Source of the DNA: Eledone cirrhosa
Lineage: Eukaryota
DNA: 64,000 nucleotides
Direction of reading: 5' to 3'
Assembly (NCBI GenBank): GCA_964016885.1
Contig: OZ024744.1
Span: 133,238,001-133,302,000, forward strand
In this document: positions 28,401-42,200 of the stretch, piece after piece
How positions within the stretch are numbered: the first letter of the stretch is position 1
Layout: the number at the start of each line of letters is the position of its first letter
Translations under genes and position numbers: made by a program
Notes under the pieces: generated by a model
The model's database searches: none
Told to the model about the DNA's origin: nothing
What the model saw: the letters and a program-made list of their open reading frames with translations, nothing else

Positions 28401-31400
28401 AGCCCCAACTTAACTTAACACCAACTTAACTTAACCCCAACTTAACTTAACCCCAACTTAACTTAACCCCAACTTAACTTATCCCCAACTTAACTGAACC
28501 CCAACTTAACTGAACCCCAACTTAAATTAACCCCAACTTAACTTAACCCCAACTTAACTTAACCCCAACTTAACTCAACACCAACTTAACTCAACCCCAA
28601 CTTAACTCAACCCCAATTTAACTCAACCCCAACTTAACTCAACCCCAACTTAACTTAACCCCAACTTAACTGAACCCTAACTTAACTTAACCCCGACTTA
28701 ACATAACCCCGACTTAACTTAACCCCAACTTAACTTAACCCCAACTTAACTTAACCCCAACTTAACTTAACCCCAACTTAATTTAACCCCATCTTAACCC
28801 CAACTTAACTTAACCCCAACTTAACTGAACCCCAACTTAAATTAACCCCAACTTAAATAAACCCCAACTTAACTTAACCCCAACTTAACTTAACCCCAAC
28901 TTAACTTAACCCCAACTTAACTCAGCCCCAACTTAACTTAGCCCCAACTTAACTTAACCCCAACTTAACTTAACCCCAACTTAACTTAACCCCAACTTAA
29001 CTTAACCCCAATTTAACTTAAACCCAACTTAACTTAACCCCAACTTAAATTATCCCCAACTTAACTTATCCCCAACTTAACTTAACCCCAACTTAACTTA
29101 ACCCCAACTTAACTTAACCCCAACTTAATTTAACCCCAACTTAACTTAACCTCAACTTAACTTAACCCCAACTTAACTTAACCCCATCTTAACTTAACCC
29201 CAACTTAACTTAACCCCAACTTAACTTAACCCCAACTTAAATTAACCCCAACTTAACTTAACCCCAACTTAACTTAACCCCCACTTAACTTAACCCCAAC
29301 TTAACTTAACCCCAACTTAACTTAACCCCAACTTAACCCCAACTTAACTTGACCCCAACTTAACTTAACCCCAACTTAACTCAACCCCAACTTAACTTAA
29401 CCCCAACTTAACTCAGCCCCAACTTAACTCAGCCCCAACTTAACTTAGCCCCAACTTAACTCAACCCCAACTTAACTCAACCCCAATTTAACTCAACCCC
29501 AAGTTAACTCAACCCCAACTTAACTTAACCCCAACTTAACTGAACCCTAACTTAACTTAACCCCGACTTAAATTAAGCCCAACTTAACTTAACCCCAACT
29601 TAACTCAGCCCCAACTTAACTTAGCCCTAACTTAACTTAACCCCAACTTAACTTAACCCCAACTTAATTAACCCCAACTTAAATTAACCCCAACTTAACT
29701 TAATACCAACTTAACGTAACCCCATCTTAAATAAACCCCAACTTAAATTAACCCCAACTTAACTTAACCCCAACTTAACTTAACCCCAACTTAACTCAGC
29801 CCCAACTTAACTTAGCCCCAACTTAACTTAACCCCAACTTAACTTAACCCCAACTTAACTTAACCCCAACTTAACTTATCCCCAACTTAACTTAACCCCA
29901 ACTTAACTTAAACCCAACTTAACTTAACCCCAACTTAAACTATCCCCAACTTAACTTATCCCCAACTTAACTTAACCCCAACTTAACTTAACCCCAACTT
30001 AACTTAACCCCAACTTAATTTAACCCCAACTTAACTTAACCTCAACTTAACTTAACCCCAACTTAACTTAACCCCAACTTAACTTAACCCCAACTTAAAT
30101 TAGCCCCAACTTAACTTAACCCCAACTTAAATTAACCCCAACTTAACTTAACCCCAACTTAACTTAACCCCGACTTAAATTAACCCCAACTTAACTTAAC
30201 CCCAACTTAACTTAACCCCAACTTAACTTAACCACAAATTAACTTAACCCCAACTTAACTTAACCCCAACTTAACTTAACCCCAACTTAACTTAACCCCA
30301 ACTTAACTTAACCCCAACTTAACTTAAACCTAACTTAACTTAACCCCAACTTAACCCCAACTTAACTTGACCCCAACTTAACTTAACCCCAACTTAACTC
30401 AACCCCAACTTAACTTAACCCCAACTTCACTCAGCCCCAACTTAACTCAGCCCCAACTTAACTTAGCCCCAACTTAACTTAACACCAACTTAACTTAACC
30501 CCAACTTAACTTAACCCCAACTTAACTTAACCCCAACTTAACTCAACCCCAACTTAACTTAACCCCAACTTAACTCAGCCCCAACTTAACTCAGCCCCAA
30601 CTTAACTTAGCCCCAACTTAACTTAACACCAACTTAACTTAACCCCAACTTAACTTAACCCCAACTTAACTTAACCCCAACTTAACTTATCCCCAACTTA
30701 ACTGAACCCCAACTTAACTTAACCCCAACTTAATATAACCCCAACTTAACTTAACCCCAACTTAACTCAACCCCAACTTAAATTAACCCCAACTTAACTT
30801 AACCCCAACTTAACTTAACCCCAACTTAATTAACCCCAACTTAAATTAACCCCAACTTAACTTAACACCAACTTAACGTAACCCCAACTTAACTTAACCC
30901 CAACTTAACTTAAACCTAACTTAACTTAACCCCAACTTAACCCCAACTTAACTTGACCCCAACTTAACTTAACCCCAACTTAACTCAACCCCAACTTAAC
31001 TTAACCCCAACTTAACTCAGCCCCAACTTAACTCAGCCCCAACTTAACTTAGCCCCAACTTAACTTAACACCAACTTAACTTAACCCCAACTTAACTTAA
31101 CCCCAACTTAACTTAACCCCAACTTAACTTATCCCCAACTTAACTGAACCCCAACTTAACTGAACCCCAACTTAAATTAACCCCAACTTAACTTAACCCC
31201 AACTTAACTTAACCCCAACTTAACTCAACACCAACTTAACTCAACCCCAACTTAACTCAACCCCAATTTAACTCAACCCCAACTTAACTCAACCCCAACT
31301 TAACTTAACCCCAACTTAACTGAACCCTAACTTAACTTAACCCCGACTTAACTTAACCCCGACTTAACTTAACCCCAACTTAACTTAACCCCAACTTAAC

Positions 31401-33041
31401 TTAACCCCAACTTAACTTAAGCCCAACTTAATTTAACCCCATCTTAACCCCAACTTAACTTAACCCCAACTTAACTGAACCCCAACTTAAATTAACCCCA
31501 ACTTAAATAAACCCCAACTTAACTTAACCCCAACTTAACTTAACCCCAACTTAACTTAACCCCAACTTAACTCAGCCCCAACTTAACTTAGCCCCAACTT
31601 AACTTAACCCCAACTTAACTTAACCCCAACTTAACTTAACCCCAACTTAACTTAACCCCAACTTAACTTAACCCCAACTTAACTTAAACCCAACTTAACT
31701 TAACCCCAACTTAAATTATCCCCAACTTAACTTATCCCCAACTTAACTTAACCCCAACTTAACTTAACCCCAACTTAACTTAACCCCAACTTAATTTAAC
31801 CCCAACTTAACTTAACCTCAACTTAACTTAACCCCAACTTAACTTAACCCCATCTTAACTTAACCCCAACTTAACTTAACCCCAACTTAACTTAACCCCA
31901 ACTTAAATTAACCCCAACTTAACTTAACCCCAACTTAACTTAACCCCGACTTAACTTAACCCCAACTTAACTTAACCCCAACTTAACTTAACCCCAACTT
32001 AACCCCAACTTAACTTGACCCCAACTTAACTTAACCCCAACTTAACTCAACCCCAACTTAACTTAACCCCAACTTAACTCAGCCCCAACTTAACTCAGCC
32101 CCAACTTAACTTAGCCCCAACTTAACTTAACACCAACTTAACTTAACCCCACCTTAACTTAACCCCAACTTAACTTAACCCCAACTTAACTTATCCCCAA
32201 CTTAACTGAACCCCAACTTAACTTAACCCCAACTTAATATAACCCCAACTTAACTTAACCCCAACTTAACTCAACCCCAACTTAAATTAACCCCAACTTA
32301 ACTTAACCCCAACTTAACTTAACCCCAACTTAATTAACCCCAACTTAAATTAACCCCAACTTAACTTAACACCAACTTAACGTAACCCCAACTTAATTTA
32401 ACCCCAACTTAAATTAACCCCAACTTAACTTGCCCCCAACTTAACTTACCCCCAACGTAACTTAACCCCAACTTAATTTAACCCCAACTTAATTTAACCC
32501 CAACTTAACTTAACCCCAAATTAACTCAACCCCAACTTAACTCAACCCCAACTTAACTTAACCCCAACTTAACTTAACCCCAACTTAACTTAACCACAAA
32601 TTAACTTAGCCCCAACTTAAATTAACCCCAACTTAACTCAACCACAACTTAACTTAACCCCGACCTAACTTAACCCCAACTTAACTTAACCCCAACTTAA
32701 CTTAACCCCAACTTCACTCAACCCCAACTTAACTCAACCCCAACTTAACCCCAACTTAACTTAACCCCAACTTAAATTAACCACAAAGTTAACTTAACCC
32801 CAATTTAAATTAACCCCAACTTAACTTAACCCCAACTTAACATAACCACCACTTAATTAACCCCAACTTAACTCAACCCCAACTTAACTTAACCCTAACT
32901 TAACTTAACCCCAACTTAACCGCAACTTAACTTAACCCCAACTTAACTTACCCCCAACTTAACTTACCCCCAACTTAACTGAACCCCAACTTAAGTTAAG
33001 CCTAACTTAACTTAACGCCAACTTAACTTAACCCCGACTTA

Positions 33042-33214
33042 GGGCTTAAGTTAAGTTGGGGCTAAGTTAAGTTGGGGTTAAGTCAAGTTGGAAGTTGTGG
33101 TTGAGTGAAGTTGGGGTTAAGTTAAGTTGGGGTTGAGTGAAGTTGGGGTTAAGTTAAGTTGGGGTTGAGTTAAGTTGGGGTTAAGTGAAGTTGGGGTTAA
33201 GTTAAGTTGGGGTT
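33042..33214 (-). repeat. Inverted satellite cassette copy 9 (173 bp)
   Basis: Same junctions. Carries GAGTTAAG plus a private TTAAGTGAAG at about 33181. Confidence 0.97.
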
Positions 33215-36200
33215 AACCCCAACTTAACTTAACCCCAACTTAACTTAACCCCAACTTAACTTAACCCCAACTTAACTTAACCCCAACATAACTTAACCCC
33301 AACTTAAATTAACCCCAACTTAACTTAAACTCAACTTAACTAACCAACTTAACTTAACCCCAACTTAACTTAACCCCAACTTAACTTAACCCCAACTTAA
33401 CTTAACCCCAACTTAACTTAACCCCAACTTAAATTAACCCCAACTTAACTTAACCCCAACTTAACTTAACCCCGACTTAACTTAACCCCAACTTAACTTA
33501 ACCCCAACTTAACTTAGCCCCAACTTAACTTAGCCCCAACTTAACTTAGCCCCAACTTAACTTAACCCCAACTTAACATAACCGCACCTTAACTTAACCT
33601 CAACTTAACATAACTGCAACTTAACTTAACCCCAACTTAACTTAACCCCAATTTAACTCAACACCAACTTAACTCAACCCCAACTTAACTCAACCCCAAT
33701 TTAACTCAACCCCAAGTTAACTCAACCCCAACTTAACTCAGCCCCAACTTAACTTAGCCCTAACTTAACTTAACCCCAACTTAACTTAACCCCAACTTAA
33801 TTAACCCCAACTTAAATTAACCCCAACTTAACTTAATACCAACTTAACGTAACCCCATCTTAAATAAACCCCAACTTAAATTAACCCCAACTTAACTTAA
33901 CCCCAACTTAACTTAACCCCAACTTAACTCAGCCCCAACTTAACTTAGCCCCAACTTAACTTAACCCCAACTTAACTTAACCCCAACTTAACTTAACCCC
34001 AACTTAACTTATCCCCAACTTAACTTAACCCCAACTTAACTTAAACCCAACTTAACTTAACCCCAACTTAAACTATCCCCAACTTAACTTATCCCCAACT
34101 TAACTTAACCCCAACTTAACTTAACCCCAACTTAACTTAACCCCAACTTAATTTAACCCCAACTTAACTTAACCTCAACTTAACTTAACCCCAACTTAAC
34201 TTAACCCCAACTTAACTTAACCCCAACTTAAATTAGCCCCAACTTAACTTAACCCCAACTTAAATTAACCCCAACTTAACTTAACCCCAACTTAACTTAA
34301 CCCCGACTTAAATTAACCCCAACTTAACTTAACCCCAACTTAACTTAACCCCAACTTAACTTAACCACAAATTAACTTAACCCCAACTTAACTTAACCCC
34401 AACTTAACTTAACCCCAACTTAACTTAACCCCAACTTAACTTAACCCCAACTTAACTTAAACCTAACTTAACTTAACCCCAACTTAACCCCAACTTAACT
34501 TGACCCCAACTTAACTTAACCCCAACTTAACTCAACCCCAACTTAACTTAACCCCAACTTCACTCAGCCCCAACTTAACTCAGCCCCAACTTAACTTAGC
34601 CCCAACTTAACTTAACACCAACTTAACTTAACCCCAACTTAACTTAACCCCAACTTAACTTAACCCCAACTTAACTCAACCCCAACTTAACTTAACCCCA
34701 ACTTAACTCAGCCCCAACTTAACTCAGCCCCAACTTAACTTAACCCCAACTTAACTCAACCCCAACTTAAATTAACCCCAACTTAACTTAACCCCAACTT
34801 AACTTAACCCCAACTTAATTAACCCCAACTTAAATTAACCCCAACTTAACTTAACACCAACTTAACGTAACCCCAACTTAACTTAACCCCAACTTAACTT
34901 AAACCTAACTTAACTTAACCCCAACTTAACCCCAACTTAACTTGACCCCAACTTAACTTAACCCCAACTTAACTCAACCCCAACTTAACTTAACCCCAAC
35001 TTAACTCAGCCCCAACTTAACTCAGCCCCAACTTAACTTAGCCCCAACTTAACTTAACACCAACTTAACTTAACCCCAACTTAACTTAACCCCAACTTAA
35101 CTTAACCCCAACTTAACTTATCCCCAACTTAACTGAACCCCAACTTAACTGAACCCCAACTTAAATTAACCCCAACTTAACTTAACCCCAACTTAACTTA
35201 ACCCCAACTTAACTCAACACCAACTTAACTCAACCCCAACTTAACTCAACCCCAATTTAACTCAACCCCAACTTAACTCAACCCCAACTTAACTTAACCC
35301 CAACTTAACTGAACCCTAACTTAACTTAACCCCGACTTAACTTAACCCCGACTTAACTTAACCCCAACTTAACTTAACCCCAACTTAACTTAACCCCAAC
35401 TTAACTTAACCCCAACTTAATTTAACCCCATCTTAACCCCAACTTAACTTAACCCCAACTTAACTGAACCCCAACTTAAATTAACCCCAACTTAAATAAA
35501 CCCCAACTTAACTGAACCCCAACTTAACTGAACCCCAACTTAAATTAACCCCAACTTAACTTAACCCCAACTTAACTTAACCCCAACTTAACTTAACCCC
35601 AACTTAACTCAACCCCAACTTAACTTAACCCCAACTTAACTCAGCCCCAACTTAACTCAGCCCCAACTTAACTTAGCCCCAACTTAACTTAACACCAACT
35701 TAACTTAACCCCAACTTAACTTAACCCCAACTTAACTTAACCCCAACTTAACTTATCCCCAACTTAACTGAACCCCAACTTAACTTAACCCCAACTTAAT
35801 ATAACCCCAACTTAACTTAACCCCAACTTAACTCAACCCCAACTTAAATTAACCCCAACTTAACTTAACCCCAACTTAACTTAACCCCAACTTAATTAAC
35901 CCCAACTTAAATTAACCCCAACTTAACTTAACACCAACTTAACGTAACCCCAACTTAACTTAACCCCAACTTAACTTAAACCTAACTTAACTTAACCCCA
36001 ACTTAACCCCAACTTAACTTGACCCCAACTTAACTTAACCCCAACTTAACTCAACCCCAACTTAACTTAACCCCAACTTAACTCAGCCCCAACTTAACTC
36101 AGCCCCAACTTAACTTAGCCCCAACTTAACTTAACACCAACTTAACTTAACCCCAACTTAACTTAACCCCAACTTAACTTAACCCCAACTTAACTTATCC

Positions 36201-39200
36201 CCAACTTAACTGAACCCCAACTTAACTGAACCCCAACTTAAATTAACCCCAACTTAACTTAACCCCAACTTAACTTAACCCCAACTTAACTCAACACCAA
36301 CTTAACTCAACCCCAACTTAACTCAACCCCAATTTAACTCAACCCCAACTTAACTCAACCCCAACTTAACTTAACCCCAACTTAACTGAACCCTAACTTA
36401 ACTTAACCCCGACTTAACATAACCCCGACTTAACTTAACCCCAACTTAACTTAACCCCAACTTAACTTAACCCCAACTTAACTTAACCCCAACTTAATTT
36501 AACCCCATCTTAACCCCAACTTAACTTAACCCCAACTTAACTGAACCCCAACTTAAATTAACCCCAACTTAAATAAACCCCAACTTAACTTAACCCCAAC
36601 TTAACTTAACCCCAACTTAACTTAACCCCAACTTAACTCAGCCCCAACTTAACTTAGCCCCAACTTAACTTAACCCCAACTTAACTTAACCCCAACTTAA
36701 CTTAACCCCAACTTAACTTAACCCCAATTTAACTTAAACCCAACTTAACTTAACCCCAACTTAAATTATCCCCAACTTAACTTATCCCCAACTTAACTTA
36801 ACCCCAACTTAACTTAACCCCAACTTAACTTAACCCCAACTTAATTTAACCCCAACTTAACTTAACCTCAACTTAACTTAACCCCAACTTAACTTAACCC
36901 CATCTTAACTTAACCCCAACTTAACTTAACCCCAACTTAACTTAACCCCAACTTAAATTAACCCCAACTTAACTTAACCCCAACTTAACTTAACCCCCAC
37001 TTAACTTAACCCCAACTTAACTTAACCCCAACTTAACTTAACCCCAACTTAACCCCAACTTAACTTGACCCCAACTTAACTTAACCCCAACTTAACTCAA
37101 CCCCAACTTAACTTAACCCCAACTTAACTCAGCCCCAACTTAACTCAGCCCCAACTTAACTTAGCCCCAACTTAACTCAACCCCAACTTAACTCAACCCC
37201 AATTTAACTCAACCCCAAGTTAACTCAACCCCAACTTAACTTAACCCCAACTTAACTGAACCCTAACTTAACTTAACCCCGACTTAAATTAAGCCCAACT
37301 TAACTTAACCCCAACTTAACTCAGCCCCAACTTAACTTAGCCCTAACTTAACTTAACCCCAACTTAACTTAACCCCAACTTAATTAACCCCAACTTAAAT
37401 TAACCCCAACTTAACTTAATACCAACTTAACGTAACCCCATCTTAAATAAACCCCAACTTAAATTAACCCCAACTTAACTTAACCCCAACTTAACTTAAC
37501 CCCAACTTAACTCAGCCCCAACTTAACTTAGCCCCAACTTAACTTAACCCCAACTTAACTTAACCCCAACTTAACTTAACCCCAACTTAACTTATCCCCA
37601 ACTTAACTTAACCCCAACTTAACTTAAACCCAACTTAACTTAACCCCAACTTAAACTATCCCCAACTTAACTTATCCCCAACTTAACTTAACCCCAACTT
37701 AACTTAACCCCAACTTAACTTAACCCCAACTTAATTTAACCCCAACTTAACTTAACCTCAACTTAACTTAACCCCAACTTAACTTAACCCCAACTTAACT
37801 TAACCCCAACTTAAATTAGCCCCAACTTAACTTAACCCCAACTTAAATTAACCCCAACTTAACTTAACCCCAACTTAACTTAACCCCGACTTAAATTAAC
37901 CCCAACTTAACTTAACCCCAACTTAACTTAACCCCAACTTAACTTAACCACAAATTAACTTAACCCCAACTTAACTTAACCCCAACTTAACTTAACCCCA
38001 ACTTAACTTAACCCCAACTTAACTTAACCCCAACTTAACTTAAACCTAACTTAACTTAACCCCAACTTAACCCCAACTTAACTTGACCCCAACTTAACTT
38101 AACCCCAACTTAACTCAACCCCAACTTAACTTAACCCCAACTTCACTCAGCCCCAACTTAACTCAGCCCCAACTTAACTTAGCCCCAACTTAACTTAACA
38201 CCAACTTAACTTAACCCCAACTTAACCCCAACTTAACTTAACCCCAATTTAACTCAACCCCAACTTAACTTAACCCCAACTTAACTCAGCCCCAACTTAA
38301 CTCAGCCCCAACTTAACTTAGCCCCAACTTAACTTAACACCAACTTAACTTAACCCCAACTTAACTTAACCCCAACTTAACTTAACCCCAACTTAACTTA
38401 TCCCCAACTTAACTGAACCCCAACTTAACTTAACCCCAACTTAATATAACCCCAACTTAACTTAACCCCAACTTAACTCAACCCCAACTTAACTTAACCC
38501 CAACTTAACTTAACCCCAACTTAATTAACCCCAACTTAAATTAACCCCAACTTAACTTAACACCAACTTAACGTAACCCCAACTTAACTTAACCCCAACT
38601 TAACTTAAACCTAACTTATCTTAACCCCAACTTAACCCCAACTTAACTTGACCCCAACTTAACTTAACCCCAACTTAACTCAACCCCAACTTAACTTAAC
38701 CCCAACTTAACTCAGCCCCAACTTAACTCAGCCCCAACTTAACTTAGCCCCAACTTAACTTAACCCCAACTTAACTTATCCCCAACTTAACTGAACCCCA
38801 ACTTAACTGAACCCCAACTTAAATTAACCCCAACTTAACTTAACCCCAACTTAACTTAACCCCAACTTAACTCAACACCAACTTAACTCAACCCCAACTT
38901 AACTCAACCCCAATTTAACTCAACCCCAACTTAACTCAACCCCAACTTAACTTAACCCCAACTTAACTGAACCCTAACTTAACTTAACCCCGACTTAACT
39001 TAACCCCGACTTAAGTTAACCCCAACTTAACTTAACCCCAACTTAACTTAACCCCAACTTAACTTAACCCCAACTTAATTTAACCCCATCTTAACCCCAA
39101 CTTAACTTAACCCCAACTTAACTGAACCCCAACTTAAATTAACCCCAACTTAAATAAACCCCAACTTAACTTAACCCCAACTTAACTTAACCCCAACTTA

Positions 39201-42200
39201 ACTTAACCCCAACTTAACTCAGCCCCAACTTAACTTAGCCCCAACTTAACTTAACCCCAACTTAACTTAACCCCAACTTAACTTAACCCCAACTTAACTT
39301 AACCCCAACTTAACTTAACCCCAATTTAACTTAAACCCAACTTAACTTAACCCCAACTTAAATTATCCCCAACTTAACTTATCCCCAACTTAACTTAACC
39401 CCAACTTAACTTAACCCCAACTTAACTTAACCCCAACTTAATTTAACCCCAACTTAACTTAACCTCAACTTAACTTAACCCCAACTTAACTTAACCCCAT
39501 CTTAACTTAACCCCAACTTAACTTAACCCCAACTTAACTTAACCCCAACTTAAATTAACCCCAACTTAACTTAACCCCAACTTAACTTAACCCCGACTTA
39601 ACTTAACCCCAACTTAACTTAACCCCAACTTAACTTAACCCCAACTTAACCCCAACTTAACTTGACCCCAACTTAACTTAACCCCAACTTAACTCAACCC
39701 CAACTTAACTTAACCCCAACTTAACTCAGCCCCAACTTAACTCAGCCCCAACTTAACTTAGCCCCAACTTAACTTAACACCAACTTAACTTAACCCCACC
39801 TTAACTTAACCCCAACTTAACTTAACCCCAACTTAACTTATCCCCAACTTAACTGAACCCCAACTTAACTTAACCCCAACTTAATATAACCCCAACTTAA
39901 CTTAACCCCAACTTAACTCAACCCCAACTTAAATTAACCCCAACTTAACTTAACCCCAACTTAAGTTAACCCCAACTTAATTAACCCCAACTTAAATTAA
40001 CCCCAACTTAACTTAACACCAACTTAACGTAACCCCAACTTAATTTAACCCCAACTTAAATTAACCCCAACTTAACTTGCCCCCAACTTAACTTACCCCC
40101 AACGTAACTTAACCCCAACTTAATTTAACCCCAACTTAATTTAACCCCAACTTAACTTAACCCCAAATTAACTCAACCCCAACTTAACTCAACCCCAACT
40201 TAAATTAACCCCAACTTAACTTAACCCCAACTTAACTTAACCACAAATTAACTTAGCCCCAACTTAAATTAACCCCAACTTAACTCAACCACAACTTAAC
40301 TTAACCCCGACCTAACTTAACCCCAACTTAACTTAACCCCAACTTAACTTAACCCCAACTTCACTCAACCTCAACTTAACTCAACCCCAACTTAACCCCA
40401 ACTTAACTTAACCCCAACTTAAATTAACCACAAAGTTAACTTAACCCCAATTTAAATTAACCCCAACTTAACTTAACCCCAACTTAACATAACCACCACT
40501 TAATTAACCCCAACTTAACTCAACCCCAACTTAACTTAACCCCGACTTAACTTAAACCTAACTTAACTTAACCCCAACTTAACCCCAACTTAACTTGACC
40601 CCAACTTAACTTGACCCCAACTTAACTTAACCTCAACTTAACTTAACCCCAACTTAACCTAACCCCATCTTAACTTAACCCCAACTTAACTTAACCCCAA
40701 CTTAACTTAACCCCAACTTAAATTAACCCCAACTTAACTTAACCCCAACTTAACTTAACCCCGACTTAACTTAACCCCAACTTAACTTAACCCCAACTTA
40801 ACTTAACCCCAACTTAACTTAACCCCAACTTAACTTAACCCCAACTTAACTGAAACCTAACCTAACTTAACCCCAACTTAACCCCAATTTAACTTGACCC
40901 CAACTTAACTTAACCCCAACTTAACTCAACCCCAACTTAACTTAACCCCAACTTAACTCAGCCCCAACTTAACTCAGCCCCAACTTAACTTAGCCACAAC
41001 TTAACTTAACACCAACTTAACTTAACCCCAACTTAACTTAACCCCAACTTAACTTAACCCCAACTTAACTTATCCCCAACTTAACTGAACCCCAACTTAA
41101 CTTAACCCCAACTTAATATAACCCCAACTTAACTTAACCCCAACTTAACTCAACCCCAACTTAAATTAACCCCAACTTAACTTATCCCCAACTTAACTTA
41201 ACCCCAACTTAATTAACCCCAACTTAAATTAACCCCAACTTAACTTAACACCAACTTAACGTAACCCCAATTTAACTTAACCCCAACTTAACTTAAACCT
41301 AACTTAACTTAAGCCCAACTTAACCCCAACTTAACTTGACCCCAACTTAACTTAACCCCAACTTAACTCAACCCCAACTTAACTTAACCCCAACTTAACT
41401 CAGCCCCAACTTAACTCAGCCCCAACTTAACTTAGCCCCAACTTAACTTAACACCAACTTAACTTAACCCCAACTTAACTTATCCCCAACTTAACTGAAC
41501 CCCAACTTAACTGAACCCCAACTTAAATTAACCCCAACTTAACTTAACCCCAACTTAACTTAACCCCAACTTAACTCAACACCAACTTAACTCAACCCCA
41601 ACTTAACTCAACCCCAATTTAACTCAACCCCAACTTAACTCAACCCCAACTTAACTTAACCCCAACTTAACTGAACCCTAACTTAACTTAACCCTGACTT
41701 AACTTAACCCCGACTTAACTTAACCCCAACTTAACTTAACCCCAACTTAACTTAACCCCAACTTAACTTAACCCCAACTTAATTTAACCCCATCTTAACC
41801 CCAACTTAACTTAACCCCAACTTAACTGAACCCCAACTTAACTTAACCCCAACTTAAATAAACCCCAACTTAACTTAACCCCAACTTAACTTAACCCCAA
41901 CTTAACTTAACCCCAACTTAACTCAGCCCCAACTTAACTTAGCCCCAACTTAACTTAACCCCAACTTAACTTAACCCCAACTTAACTTAACCCCAACTTA
42001 ACTTAACCCCAACTTAACTTAACCCCAACTTAACTTAAACCCAACTTAACTTAACCCCAACTTAAATTATCCCCAACTTAACTTATCCCCAACTTAACTT
42101 AACCCCAACTTAACTTAACCCCAACTTAACTTAACCCCAACTTAATTTAACCCCAACTTAACTTAACCTCAACTTAACTTAACCCCAACTTAACTTAACC

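Larger units (their letters stand above)
24150..39600 (+). repeat. About 7.7-7.8-kb tandem duplication (about 24150-31900 / about 31900-39600; ends approximate)
   Basis: Cassettes 8/9 and TTGCCCCC (24636/32432) are at offset 7796. GACTTAACATAACC (28695/36411) and TAAACCCCAACTTAACTGAA (27781/35497) are at offset 7716. Confidence 0.78.
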
